Positions 49,471-62,227 of a DNA stretch of 64,000 bases are shown piece after piece. The stretch comes from Takakia lepidozioides. Its lineage: Eukaryota > Plantae > Bryophyta. How positions within the stretch are numbered: position 1 is the stretch's first letter; each line of letters starts with the position of its first letter. The notes under the pieces are model-generated. The model ran no database searches. It was not told where the DNA came from and worked only from the letters and a program-made list of their open reading frames with translations. The stretch lies in contig CM060733.1 of assembly GCA_030704615.1 (NCBI GenBank), positions 50,902,001 through 50,966,000 on the forward strand, written 5' to 3'. Made by a program: the position numbers and the translations under genes.

Positions 49471-50872
49471 TCTCTTGGAGTCTCAGTGCCCTTTCTCAAG
49501 TCTATCATGGAAAGGGCCGAGTATCGGGTGAGCATAGCGTGAGGAAATCCCATGCCTATAGGGTAACATGTTTATCGTGTATAGGGGTTACTTGTTTCTT
49601 AAGTGTTGTTGTGAGGGCCTACGGGCGTGAGCATGCTCACGAGAGCACAAGCCAATATTCATGATACTCCCTAGATGCCTTTTGAATATTCTTCAGCGAA
49701 ACTAAAATTGAGAAACTAAAAACTTTGCGAAACTTTTTTTAACTGCTCACATAGGCCCTCACAACATCACTTAAGAAACAAGTAACACCTATACACGATA
49801 AACATGTTACCCTATAGCACTACAACAGATCCCGGCTTTAACGTCTGCCACATTTGCCCAGTCGTAGCATATATATCTACAAAATGCAAGGGGGCAGTCC
49901 TGGTTGCCAATTGTGACCACCAGAAGTCGTATATGCCACCTCGTACCTCCGCCATGTCTGCGGTCAAACACGTTTGACCAGATATGGGAAGATGGTAGAT
50001 ACGACTAGGAGTCATGGCCAAAACTGCAACAGGATTACGTGGGCATGGGAATGTATGACTGCCAGTATTTACAACTGCACGTGGCGATTGCCAGTTGCCG
50101 AAAGAGTGTCTACGTGGATGATGCAAACATAAATGGATGAAACAGATGCAGGATGTGATTGCAAATGACGACGTGTCAACATATCATTGCTCGCGGGCAC
50201 TAAGCCACACCCTGTGAATGAATGAATGAATGATTAGGATGAATTAGGATGAGTGAACTAGGATGAATTAGGATGAATGTGCTCGAATTTAGGGTTGTTA
50301 GGTCGCAGTGTTAAGTATGAGGATAATAAGTAGTAAAAATATTTAACTACTGTTTCACTGACCCAGCAGATTAACAGTAAAACTAATCGACTGCTGGTTA
50401 AGGTTAGTGAAACAAAACAAGTGTATTATCTCTACGAATGATACACAAATGCCTTGCTGGCAACTATTGGATGAACGTATCAAACATAACTTTTGTGCAC
50501 TGGATGAACATATGGTGAGCTGGCAGCTATTGAATGAACTGACAGTGAAACTCATTTAAAGATTTATTTTGGACGAATGGATGAAATTAAAATGGCCAAA
50601 AAATGAAAAACAAATGAATGGATGGATGTATTGATGGAAAACCCAAAATCCATCCATTTATCGCTACATTCATCTATCCAGTCATGAGTAGAGGGGACTT
50701 AGCGAGTTTGATCGTGAGAGACGACAAACAGGACAGAGCTGTGTTTGCTTTCTTTTAGTGTCGAGTCTGATCATGAGAGACGTCGAATAGGGCGGAGCTA
50801 TATTTCTTTTATTTTAGGGTCGAGTCTGATCATGAGAGACGATGAGCGGAGCTGGTGGGATAGGGGGCAGAC

Positions 50873-50981
50873 ATGGACTCAAACCCTCGAATTGGGGCAT
50901 GAAGATGTGGTGCACGATGTGGCCATCGACTACTATGGGAAGCGGCTAGCCACCTTCACGATGGACAATCGCAGTCGCAAG
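50873..50981 (+). pseudogene. SEC13: Captured SEC13 5' exon fragment
   Basis: TQTLELGHEDVVHDVAIDYYGKRLAT is the SEC13 N-terminal WD40 signature; followed by a GT donor. Confidence 0.8.
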
Positions 50982-52301
50982 GTGTGGCTTTTTCTCAATG
51001 TACGATGTGGAGAAGTTTGTCAATCCTGCAAATGTGGGCTCTTGGCGACTGTTAGTACCATGATTTGGTATTTTTCTTGCTGTTTACAAGGTTCTTCGGA
51101 GAGTCAGCTTGGTCTTAGCAAGTCGTGTTTCAATCTCTGCTCGCTCAGCTACACTGTGGTCTTCTTGTTTGGCTGTAGGTGGGATGACTCAGTTTTTGGA
51201 TGCCTGTGTTGATGTTTTCGAGGATAAATTGGATATAAGCACTCACAAACAGGAATATCATATGGATGTGCAGATATGTCGATCAAGTGCTTTCTTTTCA
51301 CCTCCTGTCTTTGATTGTCTGGTTCGAAGTGACCATTCAAATATTGATGAACTTCAAGTAGGGAAATGAAATAAAATGAAACGAAATGGTACTTTCTAAC
51401 GTCCGCGGAAAGCTCAGTCGGAGAGAGTCGGTTTTGTCAGCGCTTGGGGTGGGAGATGAATGGGCTCCGGCAGCTCGAAGTCCAACTCCGGACCTTCTGA
51501 TGCTTTGATACCCAAGGTCAGTTGTTCAACGAGATTGTCTGTTCCACACTCTCTCTCTCTCTTTTCTCTTGAATACAACTGATTGATGGGCTTTTCCTGT
51601 TATTCTATTTTGTCCTGTAAGACCTATGGTCCCTGTGGACTCATCAGTTTGTTTTTTTTCTCTCCCTGCAGCGATTTTAGTCTGGTTTCTGCTTTACTGT
51701 TGGACTTTCATGGATGTTATAAAGCTTATCATGGTTTTGGTTTGCCAGCTTTCTACACTATTATTCTAATCTGTAGACCTCCCTGGCCAACATGATGATC
51801 AATTATTCTTATCAGATTAGCACTGAGTAGCTGCGACTGTTTGTTTCAAGCCGCGTGCGATAACTTATAGAAAGAGATTCTCAACTTGGATAGTGTTTGA
51901 AGTGCCTTACAAAGTTTTTGCTGGTGCTTTGTATCCAGTGGTACGTAAACTTGGACACCCAATGTTCCAAGTCCTTCAGCAAACAAATATGGGTAAGGAG
52001 TCTAGATCTTCACTTTGATCTATGTAATGTAATGTGTGCCTTCTTTTGGACATGCATAGGCAAACATGTAGTCCGTATGCTAGAACACTCTGGTATGGCA
52101 CAGTCCTGCGGTGTATGCTTTGAAATTATTCTGTGTTTTCTCTATCATCTGTGCTTTGGCAAGACATTGATGAATGTGGACAATCTTGATATTTGAAGAG
52201 ACAGAAAGAAAGTGTGAAGATGAAATGTAGTCGACATGATGTAATTAGGTGCCCTCCTTCGCTGATGATGGTGGTCTACATGTGGGTATGTGAATGTACA
52301 G

Positions 52302-52385
52302 GGGCGTGGAACAGTGTTCACAGGGTGTGTGGAACAGGGGATGATTAAGATTAGCAAGGAAGTTGAAGTGGTTGGGCTTCGCACT
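52302..52385 (+). pseudogene. Captured organellar EF-Tu exon fragment
   Basis: AG|GRGTVFTGCVEQGMIKISKEVEVVGLR|GT resembles EF-Tu domain II (GRGTVATGRVExGxIKVGEEVEIVGL). Confidence 0.75.
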
Positions 52386-53089
52386 GTAACAATCTTCCTT
52401 GCACAGAAACCTGGGCCCATATAACTTTCCTTCCTTTGGCAATGTCAGTACAGGGATTTGCTGTGTGATTCACTTCAGTTGGGGGTCATGACACAAGGTC
52501 AAGGACAATGTGGTGAGGGCACCTTCTTCTTCGACCTATTTCAGGCTGTTTTGTCCTCTCACCAGACTCGGCCCTGAGATGCATATTGAATTCTGTAAGT
52601 TGGCTCGTTGCTCGTTGATAAGTAGGGTTGGGGGTGTTTGCTGGAACAATTCTAGGCTGTCATTTGTCAGCTGCTAGCAGGAAGGCAAAGATGTATGCAT
52701 GATTTTGTGCAGAGGCATAGATAGCTGAAGGAACAGGGATAGAGTGGGAGTCCAGATTCATCCAAGAGGGCCGGATTTCAAGCTCCACATTACCTATGAT
52801 TCCCTGTGGAAGGATAGATACAATAAACCTGTATGGGTAGATGGTCAACTGGAAGCCGCAGCAGCAGCGGCACAATTGATAAAATCAGGCATTGCTAATG
52901 AAAGCACCTTCTTCAACACATTTCATCTTGATTTCCCCTCTTATCAGAATTGGCCCTCAATTTTCATGTTGAATTCTGCAATTTAGTTGTTGAGTGAATC
53001 TAATTGGGAGTGACTTTGACATGATACTGGCAACTGCCAATGTGACAAGGATATGCATTGAACTCATTGGTAGTGGGATATTGGGGATA

Positions 53090-53650
53090 ACTCTTGGCCA
53101 TGTGCCATCGTCAAAGCTGAAATTGTACTAGTTGTCATTCTGAACACTGCCCTGGTGGATATGTATGCCAAATGTGGGTGCAGCAAGCCTGATGCGAAGG
53201 GAGAGTTCGACAACATGGCTAAATGAGATGTGGTGTTGTGGAGTGCCATGATTGCAAGGTATGTGCAGCATGGGTGTGGGATTAAGGCTTTGAAAACCTA
53301 AGAGAAAATGATGTGGGAAATGATGAAGCCAGACCAGGTCATGTTCATTTGTGTTTGTAATATGCATATGCGAGCCTAGAAGCCCTGGGAAGGGGCCAAG
53401 ACGTTCATGGTGACATCGTCAAAGCTGGAATTGTACCTGATGTCATTCTGAACATTCCCTTGGTGTACATGTATGTCAAATGCGAGCCTGGTAGCCCTGG
53501 AAATGATGCAAAGGTCCATGGTGACATTGTCAAAGCTGGAATTGTACCACTAGATGTCTCTAAACACTGCCTTGGTGGATATGTATGTCAAATGCAAGCC
53601 TGGCAGCCCTGAAAAATGGTGCAGAGGTCCACGGTAATATCGTCAAAGCT
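53090..53650 (+). pseudogene. Captured PLS-class pentatricopeptide repeat fragments
   Basis: LNTALVDMYAKCG, DVVLWSAMIA.YVQHG and KPDQVMF, with repeated HGDIVKAG..ALVDMYVKC units; stops and frameshifts present. Confidence 0.85.
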
Positions 53651-54449
53651 GAGTATCTAGAGTGCGCTATGGAAGTCATATGTTCCAGTCATAATGACCA
53701 CCCCCATCCTGCATAATTTGACTCCACGTGTCATGTCCAGTCTTCTCCACATGTTGTCTTGGGGTTAATCTGCGGAAGTCGTATATGCCAGTCGTAAAGA
53801 CCCTGTCGCCTTCCCTTTGACGTTCCATGTGAAGCTAACATGGATTCGCAGTCATTTACTACGGTCTTATCAATGACTACAATTAGGCGTCCTCGTTGCC
53901 AACAGTGAGCTCCACAACTGGCAGATACGACTCTATGGCGCTTACGACTCATTTGTCACAACTGACTGGGTTTATCTGACTGGGCAGTCATGCAGTCATA
54001 AAAGGCTGATACGACTGAAAAATATCAGACGTAAAAGCCGAGATCTGTGGTAGTGTAGGTGTGGAATTTCCTCACGTTATGCGAACCGGATACCCCAGAA
54101 AACCCCAGAAAAACAAAAATCGTGGTTTTCAGTCCGGGTATCGGCAGTTTAAGCCCTAGAAAAGTTATTTTCGCAGTGAGAAAATAAATATGAAGGTACT
54201 CATATGCACCGTGCCTGTTAACATGTAATTCCTATGACCGCGGTTTGAAAACATTTAACCCCTATGACCGCGGGTTGTGCTCACGTCGTGCTCACGTGAG
54301 CATGCTCACGTTGTGCTCACAGGATATTAACCCCCCATAAAAAAAATCTTAAAAAACCGGAAATGGAGGTTTTTTATCGTGGGATTTTGTAAAAACCGGA
54401 ACCGAAGGTTATAAAAGAAATCAAATAACCGCCCAACACTGGTCTATAC

Positions 54450-54784
54450 CAATGTTGGGCGGATATTATCTTTCTAATATCCACGGTTCCGGGTATTAAG
54501 TACTTTTGGTTTTAGATATCTGCCGGTTCCGAGTATTACCAACATGACAAATAGCGGATCCGGGTATGCATCCGGGTATTAAGTTTAGGGCTGAGATCCG
54601 CCAAGTATTGACGGGCATTGGGTGGATATCCGCCGGGTATTGCACCGGGTACAGAACTTCTTTGTCTGTATTGTCATATCCACCGGTTATGCATCTAACC
54701 CGGATCCTAAAAAACGCCAGTTGTGGATCCGGATAATTGTTATCCGGGTTGATATCCTAATGACTCTATATCTGCCCAACACTA
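54450..54784. mobile_element. Older hAT-like MITE abutting the first one
   Basis: TIR CAATGTTGGGCGGATAT / ATATCTGCCCAACACTA; degenerate TSD (GTCTATAC vs GTCCAGAT). Confidence 0.65.
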
Positions 54785-56633
54785 GTCCAGATCCTTGAAT
54801 CACTCCCAATTAGTGTTCCATACTCTATTTTCCTGCAAAACACGCAAAGAATAGGCCCCCCAAGTTTGGGTGGGCCCTGTTCATTCTAGAGTGGTCCAGG
54901 AATTAGAGTCACGGGGCTTACATAATAAGGCATATGTAGAGGGATTTCAAGAAATGAAGAGGTCCAAAAAAAGAAGGCAAGAATGTGATACCTATTAAAT
55001 AGGGATGGTTCAGGCCAACTTGGGTAGTTAGGGTACAGGTGTCAAGTGCTGGGCCATGTTATGTATTCCATCCAGAAACAATCATCCAACAACATTGGTC
55101 CCATGAAAAGCTGGTCCTGTGACAAGCAAGAGAAACTATTGAGTAATCTCAACAAAGCCAGAGCAGACTGCTTAATCTTAACGTCCCTTTCTCTGCTTGA
55201 GGCTGTGACATGCAGCTCTATAAGAGCTGAAATGGAAACATTTGGATACATGTACAAAGTTTGGTGGCGCAGGGAGGCCCACTTGGACCACCCACTTTCT
55301 TCTTGTATACTTCGGAGTGGAAACCAGGGTTGGACCTCTTCTCCCTTGGGTCCTCTTCTCCCTTGGCTGCACATGGGCTTCTCACATAGGATCCATTAAC
55401 CAGTGCCACATAATCTACAAGTCAGTTTTAATGGCCCACAAAAAAGACATCCTCTAATTTACAACGGGTAGTTCATGAGGTCTGATTATGTGCTCACCGA
55501 GGACAAATTGCAGCTTTCATTGGCACTCACTTGGTTAGGATAGAGAGAGCTTCTGTAAATGGCTGCTACATTGTGAGGGAAGGGCAGAGTCAAGTCTATA
55601 GAATAATTTATTTTGGATATTGCAATGAAAAGCCTAACTTGGCTGTGTATTTTCTGGAAATGAAGCTCCCTGTACTGTTCTCATCCTCCTGCACAAACCT
55701 TTTATGCTTTGTTGAGCAGTGGATCCATCCTTGACTGCAAAATCTGGATTACGCACCCCTAGTCCCCTTTTTATTCATTACTAAGACTGTGCTAAAATCT
55801 ATATAACTTGACCATTCAATCGTGTTGCTAACTATATCGCTTACCTCCACATCTTTTTCAATAAGAATTGGAATCTTATAACCATTTTGTGAGCATGATA
55901 AAATTTTGCACCTTTGCAAAATAGTAAAACAAAAACACAAATTTTGTTGAAATTTTGATTTTTGGATGGGTAATCTCTTCTGTACTGATTCGGAGGGGAA
56001 TCATTAGCATTTCCAGAACTTTGCTATCTTTTTCAGTTTAAGACAAAAATGGTGTTGTTGTGTAAATAATGGAATGGTCCCAATGTTTTCAATCAAGTCA
56101 GGGAGGTCGTCACAAATTTTTGATTGATTCCATCCATGTATTCCCCCCTCAGATGGGTTTTGCAACGGCCCATTGTTTCTTAAGGCTTATACGATGGGCT
56201 ACCCATTCCATGCAAGAGACCCTAATCCACTTTGCATCTCATGCTCATCTCTCTCACCTGTCAAACAACCATTTGCATCGGAGTAGACACTCTGGTAGAG
56301 TAGATCTTCCTGCAGATGTTGCATTTTGTAGCATTGGATTCCAATGAGAATCCATTGAGAACTTTGTGATGGGATCGAAGACGACATTATGGTGGCGAGT
56401 GATTCTACCATTGTTGTTCTTCAACGCGGATATGCAAAAGTAATGGAAGACATCGCGAAGTATCACGACAACCCCTGTTTGTTTAACCAGAGAGAGGGTA
56501 ATGGATTTGCAACATGGGTGGAACAGAAGGCACAGTTGGGAGACTTGGCAACACCTACGCAATCCCAACTTCTCCAAGTTCTTGCCATTCATGCCTTTTG
56601 TTGCCAAACGACCTCTCATGGATTGCTCTAGAT

Positions 56634-57110
56634 GGGGGTTGGTATCATGTGAGCATGGCGTGAGCACAACCTGCGGTCATAGGGGTTAAATATTTTCAAA
56701 CCGTGGTCATGGGGGTTAAATGTTTTCAAACCGCGGTCATAGGAATTACATGTTAACAGGCACGGTGCATATGAGTACCTTTAGATTTATTTTCTCAGTG
56801 TGAAAATAACTTTTCTAGGGCTTAAACTGTCGATACCCGGACTGAAAACCACGATTTTTATTTTTCTGGGGTTTTTATGGGTATCCGGTTCGCATAACGT
56901 GAAGAAACCCCATACCTATAGGGTAACATGTTTATCGTGTATAGGTGTTACTTGTTTCTTAAGTGATGCTGTGAGGGCCTATGTGAGCAGTTAAAAAAAG
57001 TTTCGCAAAGTAAATTTTAGTTTCTCAATTTTAGTTTCACTGGAGAATATTTGAAAGGCATCTAGGGAATATCCTTACTATTCGCTTATGCTCACGTGAG
57101 CATGCTCACA
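56634..57110 (-). mobile_element. Partial copy of the GGGGG-TIR element lacking the CACTA insertion
   Basis: Reverse complement of ~49630-49817 joined to 54059-54335, i.e. the empty insertion site. Confidence 0.75.
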
Positions 57111-58347
57111 GCTACTGAACCTCCTCTCGAGGTATGGATGGTGATTTATGGGTTTTTGACAAGAAATGGGAGAGGTGGTTGCGCAATGATATCCTCGATC
57201 CACTGGTGGTTGCAATAGAATTGGTCTAGCCTATCGATACAACTGTGGTGCAATTGATTGGGCCATTGTTCACTCTGTTTCAAGCGCTTGAAAATGCCAA
57301 CAAGCCACTGCCTCTGAACTTCGGGATAATCTCTTTCGATATGGGTGACCCTATAGGACCTCCCGGAGCAATTTTTGACACCTTGATTGAATGTGCTACA
57401 CCTAATGATGCTCATATGTTTGCTGGCATCCTAATGACACATTTATGTAATGCTCAACTTTTAGGGGGTGCAGGGAGACCGATTAGAGTCGCGGTGCTCT
57501 GTACTGCCGCAAGAGGCTTTAGGATCTATTGAGATTGCAATATTTGCGGGCTTGTGAAGTGAAACCATGAGGCAATTAGATGGCCGCTTAGGCATTTATG
57601 GGTTTAATGATCTTCAAAGATTTATTTGTTTTAATGGTATTTAATGTTGGTATCTTCCCACCCCCCCCCCCTTTACCTAGAGCAAATAGTGTCTCATGAA
57701 GTACATAAATGGATGGATGCCACTTAGGTTAGGTTGCAAGTAGACAACAACACATATTGAAGATTGCATAGAAATGTCCACCATTTATCTAACTTTCCCT
57801 TCGTAGCTCTGAAGAAGTGAGCTTCCACTCTCGTATGGTATCGTGGATGTTGTTTGTTATGAGGATGTGAAATTGGGATTTGTAGCCACCTTAGCAATTC
57901 ATGCTATATAATATATGACAAATGCAAGGACACATGCCATATCTGAGTGGTGGGAGGAGAACAATATAGCGAATATGTTTTTTTACGACCCAAAAGGCCT
58001 AAGCGACCCAACACGATTCAATAGACGACATTCCCAAGTTGATTAACAATATGACGACCGTCCAACTTTCCAAACAATAGACTATTTTTTTTTTCCAAAC
58101 CCAACAAGATGACAACAACCTCAACAATCAATAGTGGTTTTATTTTTTATTTTATTTAAAAAAAAAGGGAAACACCTGGCTCACAAATTAGGCCCTGTGA
58201 GAGGAGAAATTGATTTTCAGCTATGATATATTTAGATTTCAAGAGGACCAGAAAATAATAGTAATAATAAAGAGATTTGAAGAGGAAGAGATTATGAAAT
58301 CAAGGAGCACGTTTGCCATTGCACAAAACATAGACCAGAAACCTTAA

Positions 58348-59000
58348 CCCTTAAACGCCCAGTGCCATAGTTTGACTTTTTCAGAAAACATGACCCCTTA
58401 AGTGAAAAAAAGGTGTAACTTTCAGAAAATTAACTTTTTAAAGAACTTGACCGCACATTAGGTGCGTACCTTCCTCCTGCATCCACCTGCCTAATTTGAG
58501 GCCAATCAGCCCCAGATTCACAAAATGCCACCGTTGAATGTGGGCCCCATTATTGGGGCCCTTTTGAGAAACATATCCATTTTTGGTAATGTTTTAAAGA
58601 TTTGAGTGACGGGATCAAATGGGATTGAGGCGAAATTAGCATGGTTCCATCCCCTTGAGATCCCTCATCCAACAAGCCAAAAAGTATCCAATTTGGCCAA
58701 TGCATGTGATGTTGCCACTTGGTCAAACCTGGAAAAATCCCATGTTTCTCTCCCTCTCACACAACACGTGTGTGAAGAATGAAACAACGAGAATTACCTT
58801 TATCAAATCGTGACCCCCTGCTTGCGTGATGAGACCTCTTTGCAACTTGGCAGATCCGAGGCTCGGGCAATGAATCTTGGTGTGCCAGGTGCCCAAGAAC
58901 ACTATATTTTTTTTTTCACACAATTCCATGGAGAATGCAAAAAGTTATTCAGATTTTTCTAAACCCAAAAGCCCGAAACGGGCTACTGGGCGTTTAAGGG
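58348..59000. mobile_element. piggyBac-like MITE 1
   Basis: TTAA|CCCTTAAACGCCCAGT...ACTGGGCGTTTAAGGG|TTAG, a 16-bp perfect TIR. Confidence 0.75.
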
Positions 59001-59741
59001 TTAGTGAAGGGATGAGAGAATTGATTGAAAAGATGTCAATGGCGGCGTGACATAGCAGACATGCATTCTTGCATGGCGGTGAAATCAAATCAGTTTAAAA
59101 CATTTCTCTTGGACCCTGCACCTGCATCATCTAGAACCGCCTCTACGCCATCCACACTTGCTCCGGATCTTGTTCCGGGTATAACACCCTTACGCCCGGT
59201 TTTCTAGTCGGTTAGCAAGCTTGAGGGCCTTTGCCGGTTCCCTGCGGGCTGCACTTTCCGGTTATGCACATATGCATAACCGGCAAATAACCGCCGGGTA
59301 TGTATGTGTAAATGCCATACCCGGCCAATACTAGTTTGGACCTTACAGTCGTGACTAAGGATTCACTTGGGTCTACAACTACACTAATGCTAGGATCTTA
59401 ACGTCCACTAATTTATTTATTTATTTTTAAGGAAAGGGGACGGAGGCCCTTTTAATCAAATTAATTACAAAGAGTTACAAAAAGGTGGAAAAAATAGCCA
59501 CCTTGGGGCCGTGAAGGCTTACTTTGGGGGAACATCCCCCAAACCTTAGCAACTAGCTAGAAGATCACAGGGAGGGGATTGAGATGCAGGGGTCGTCTAT
59601 AGGATGCATGGGGGGAAGTGCTCACTAACTGACTGAAAGGTGCAGCCCAGATGTTACTAACTCATGAAAGCCCTTGCAAGTGGTGTCTCATTGGCTCCAA
59701 GAACAATTAGGCCTCACATTGACACACCAGTACTCAGTTAA

Positions 59742-60368
59742 CCCTTTGAACACCCACCCAAAACGGGCTTAAGGGCCTATTTAAACATAAATTGCTTTGT
59801 CAACTGTGCTTCAATTTTTATGAAATCGGTGCCATAGAATGGGCCCTGTCGTGGACTGCCAGGATTGGGCAGCTGATTGCCCTAATTCCGAAGCTGTCTC
59901 ATCATGCCTGTAAGCAAGGGGGTCAGGTTTTGATGAAGGTAATTCTCTCTTTTTCATACTAAGATTTCTTCATAGGTGCGCGAGAGAGGGTCGTGGTGAG
60001 GGGATTTGCCCAGGTCCAAGTGGCAGCACCACATGCGTTGGCCAAATTGGGCTCAAGGGATCCGATGAAGCCTAATTACTCTCGCTGCCTCTATCCAAGT
60101 TGATCTTGTCACTCTGATCTTGAAAAAACTGCCAAATTTTTCTTAATGTTTCTTCAATGGACCCAATAATGGGCCCCACATTCAACGGTGGTGTCTCCTG
60201 GATTTGGGGCTGATTGCCCTGGAAATTGGCAGGTGGCTGCAGGAAGAAGGTGCCATAATGTGCGGTCAAGTTTGTAAAAAACTTGATTTCCTAAAAGCAC
60301 ACCACTTTTTCAGTGAAGGAGTCATATTTTCTGGAAAAGTTAAACCATGTCACTTTGCATCATAAGGG
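59742..60368. mobile_element. piggyBac-like MITE 2, inverted relative of MITE 1
   Basis: TTAA|CCCTT...AAGGG|TTAA; the internal segment ~60130-60350 is reverse-complementary to ~58370-58600. Confidence 0.7.
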
Positions 60369-60372
60369 TTAA

Positions 60373-61170
60373 CCCCTAATGGACGAGATGACACATTTCG
60401 TGTCGCGTCAGGTTCCGTCAGAAATCATCCACGATGGGAAATCGTTGGATGACCTGATGTCATGCACCTGCCTGTCTTTTTAGCACCCTGAAATAATAAA
60501 AGCCCTGCCGTCAGTAATTCTTTTTTATTATGCAGGGGTACCCAAAATTGGCCGTCGAGCAGCTTTGACTTAGCGACGTGGTAGGCTCGAGGGGTGACAA
60601 CAAGGCAAAAGTACAAATGGAAACAAATGCAAATCTCAGCCTGAATTTTTGTTAGAATTTTGAACTTCTTTTTGGAGGAAGTAGTTCATCATTCAAGGAA
60701 CACTTTCACCGCAGCAACTCTGATTCCAAGGAAATTTCGACCCCCTAAGCCTGAATTACATATCATTTGAGCTTCATGGTGTGTTTTGACCCCCCTGTTT
60801 TTCCATACAAAGCAACCTTATCAAGATTTTGGAATTCAGCTTTGAAATATTGGGGCAACATGCTTTAGGTGCCACATAATTGGAATCTGGATGGGGTCTT
60901 GTGAGGAATTTTTTTTTGTCAATCCAATTTCCTGGTCAAACCATTTTTCCACTCTAAATTTGGAGTGTACCCCAAATTTTGGGCTTGCAAATTTCTTATA
61001 ATCACGGTGAAATGAGCTGAAATTTTCACAAAAGCTGGATGAAGTAGGTAGCCTCCCATTCATATGGTTCATCCCCGTGGATGTTAGTTTCCCGAGAGAT
61101 ATACCCTCATCCCTGAGGGTATGTCCCGTTTTGGAGGGGGCCCACCAAAAACTGCCTAGTCCATTAGGGG
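60373..61170. mobile_element. piggyBac-like MITE 3, sharing a TTAA with MITE 2
   Basis: TTAA|CCCCTAATGGAC...GTCCATTAGGGG|TTAA, a 12-bp perfect TIR. Confidence 0.75.
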
Positions 61171-62227
61171 TTAAAGACTTTCCAATTACAATTTCCCATA
61201 CCTTGCCTTCTCAGAATTTTTTTAATACGCACATCCATATTCAAGCTCCTTCTGTTTATCATTTACCTTTATCAAATTGACAAACAGATTGCCACCTACA
61301 CCCTGTGTCTGGTCATTATCAACCTTGCATCCAGTTTATGAGGGGAATTTTATCGGTCGGCAAAATAGAATAATGTACAAAGGGTGGGTTGGAGCATCAC
61401 GGAGAATAATGTCTGTGATCTGTACTACATGCACTAACCACCACCCCTGATTCCCTTCTGAAGAGAATTCCACCATAAAATTGATCTTTTCTTACAGATC
61501 ACATCTGTCACCACCTTCCTGGAGTTCAGCAGTAATCAAGATCAGAATCTCTATAGAACTCCTAAGCTTTACTCCTGTACATGGTAAGATCGCTATTGGA
61601 TGCGGGAGTAACCCTACTAATAATACCGTAGTTCTGCACAAGATGTGCAGGAGTACTGTAGATTGGGTGCTTAAAAGAAGACAGAATGATGCTGAGTAGC
61701 TTGGAGAACTCCAAATGTAATGCTACAATGTGTAGTGTGACAAGGATCGCTAGGAGCCTCTTGAACTTGGGAGTAGAAACAAAATCCATCAACAGAGTCA
61801 CAGGTATTGCTTGTGTATCCGCCCACGATTATCATCCCACCAAATCTTTGCTTGTTTTTCAGTGAACTTTTCACGGCTGCCACCCAATACAACAGCTTTC
61901 CATCAGCCAGCCTTCAAGATCAGGACATAAACAATACAAAACAGCAGCTGAGTGTTCAAGCAGCTAGACATGTGAAGGTTTGGTCATGAGGTAAGAACTG
62001 TCTGAACAACCCAAAGCCCACCCACAAACGTGGCATAGCTGCAAGATTGGAAATGAGAACCTCATCAATTTGCCACAGTGCAGGCTTGTCCCATTAACTT
62101 AGTCAACAAGAAACCAATCCAATTACCTGAATCACAACGACACATGTCACATAAGTTTCTTTACAATCGATTTCGCCTGTCTCTGCTCCCTTTCCCAGAT
62201 AAAATTCAAGGATAAGATGGGATGTAC

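Larger units (their letters stand above)
49818..54055. mobile_element. Non-autonomous Pack-CACTA, copy 2, carrying host gene fragments
   Basis: CACTACAACAG...TGTGGTAGTG TIRs, 3-bp TSD TAG, ends homologous to 18206-21179. Confidence 0.92.
48923..54335. mobile_element. Non-autonomous TIR element with GGGGGTT termini, nested in the hAT MITE
   Basis: Inverted termini GGGGGTT(G/A)(G/A)TATCCTGTGAGCACAAC with extended subterminal similarity and flanking duplication CATAA; a related uninterrupted partial copy lies at 56634-57110. Confidence 0.75.
48585..54441. mobile_element. hAT-type MITE, expanded by nested insertions
   Basis: TIR CAGTGTTGGG...CCCAACACTG and perfect 8-bp TSD GTCTATAC (48577-48584 / 54442-54449). 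Confidence 0.9.

Noticed and set aside
55042-57532. Short ORFs (55042-55399, 56389-56631, 57146-57532) that might be decayed TE or gene fragments
   Set aside because: No motif I can recognise with confidence.
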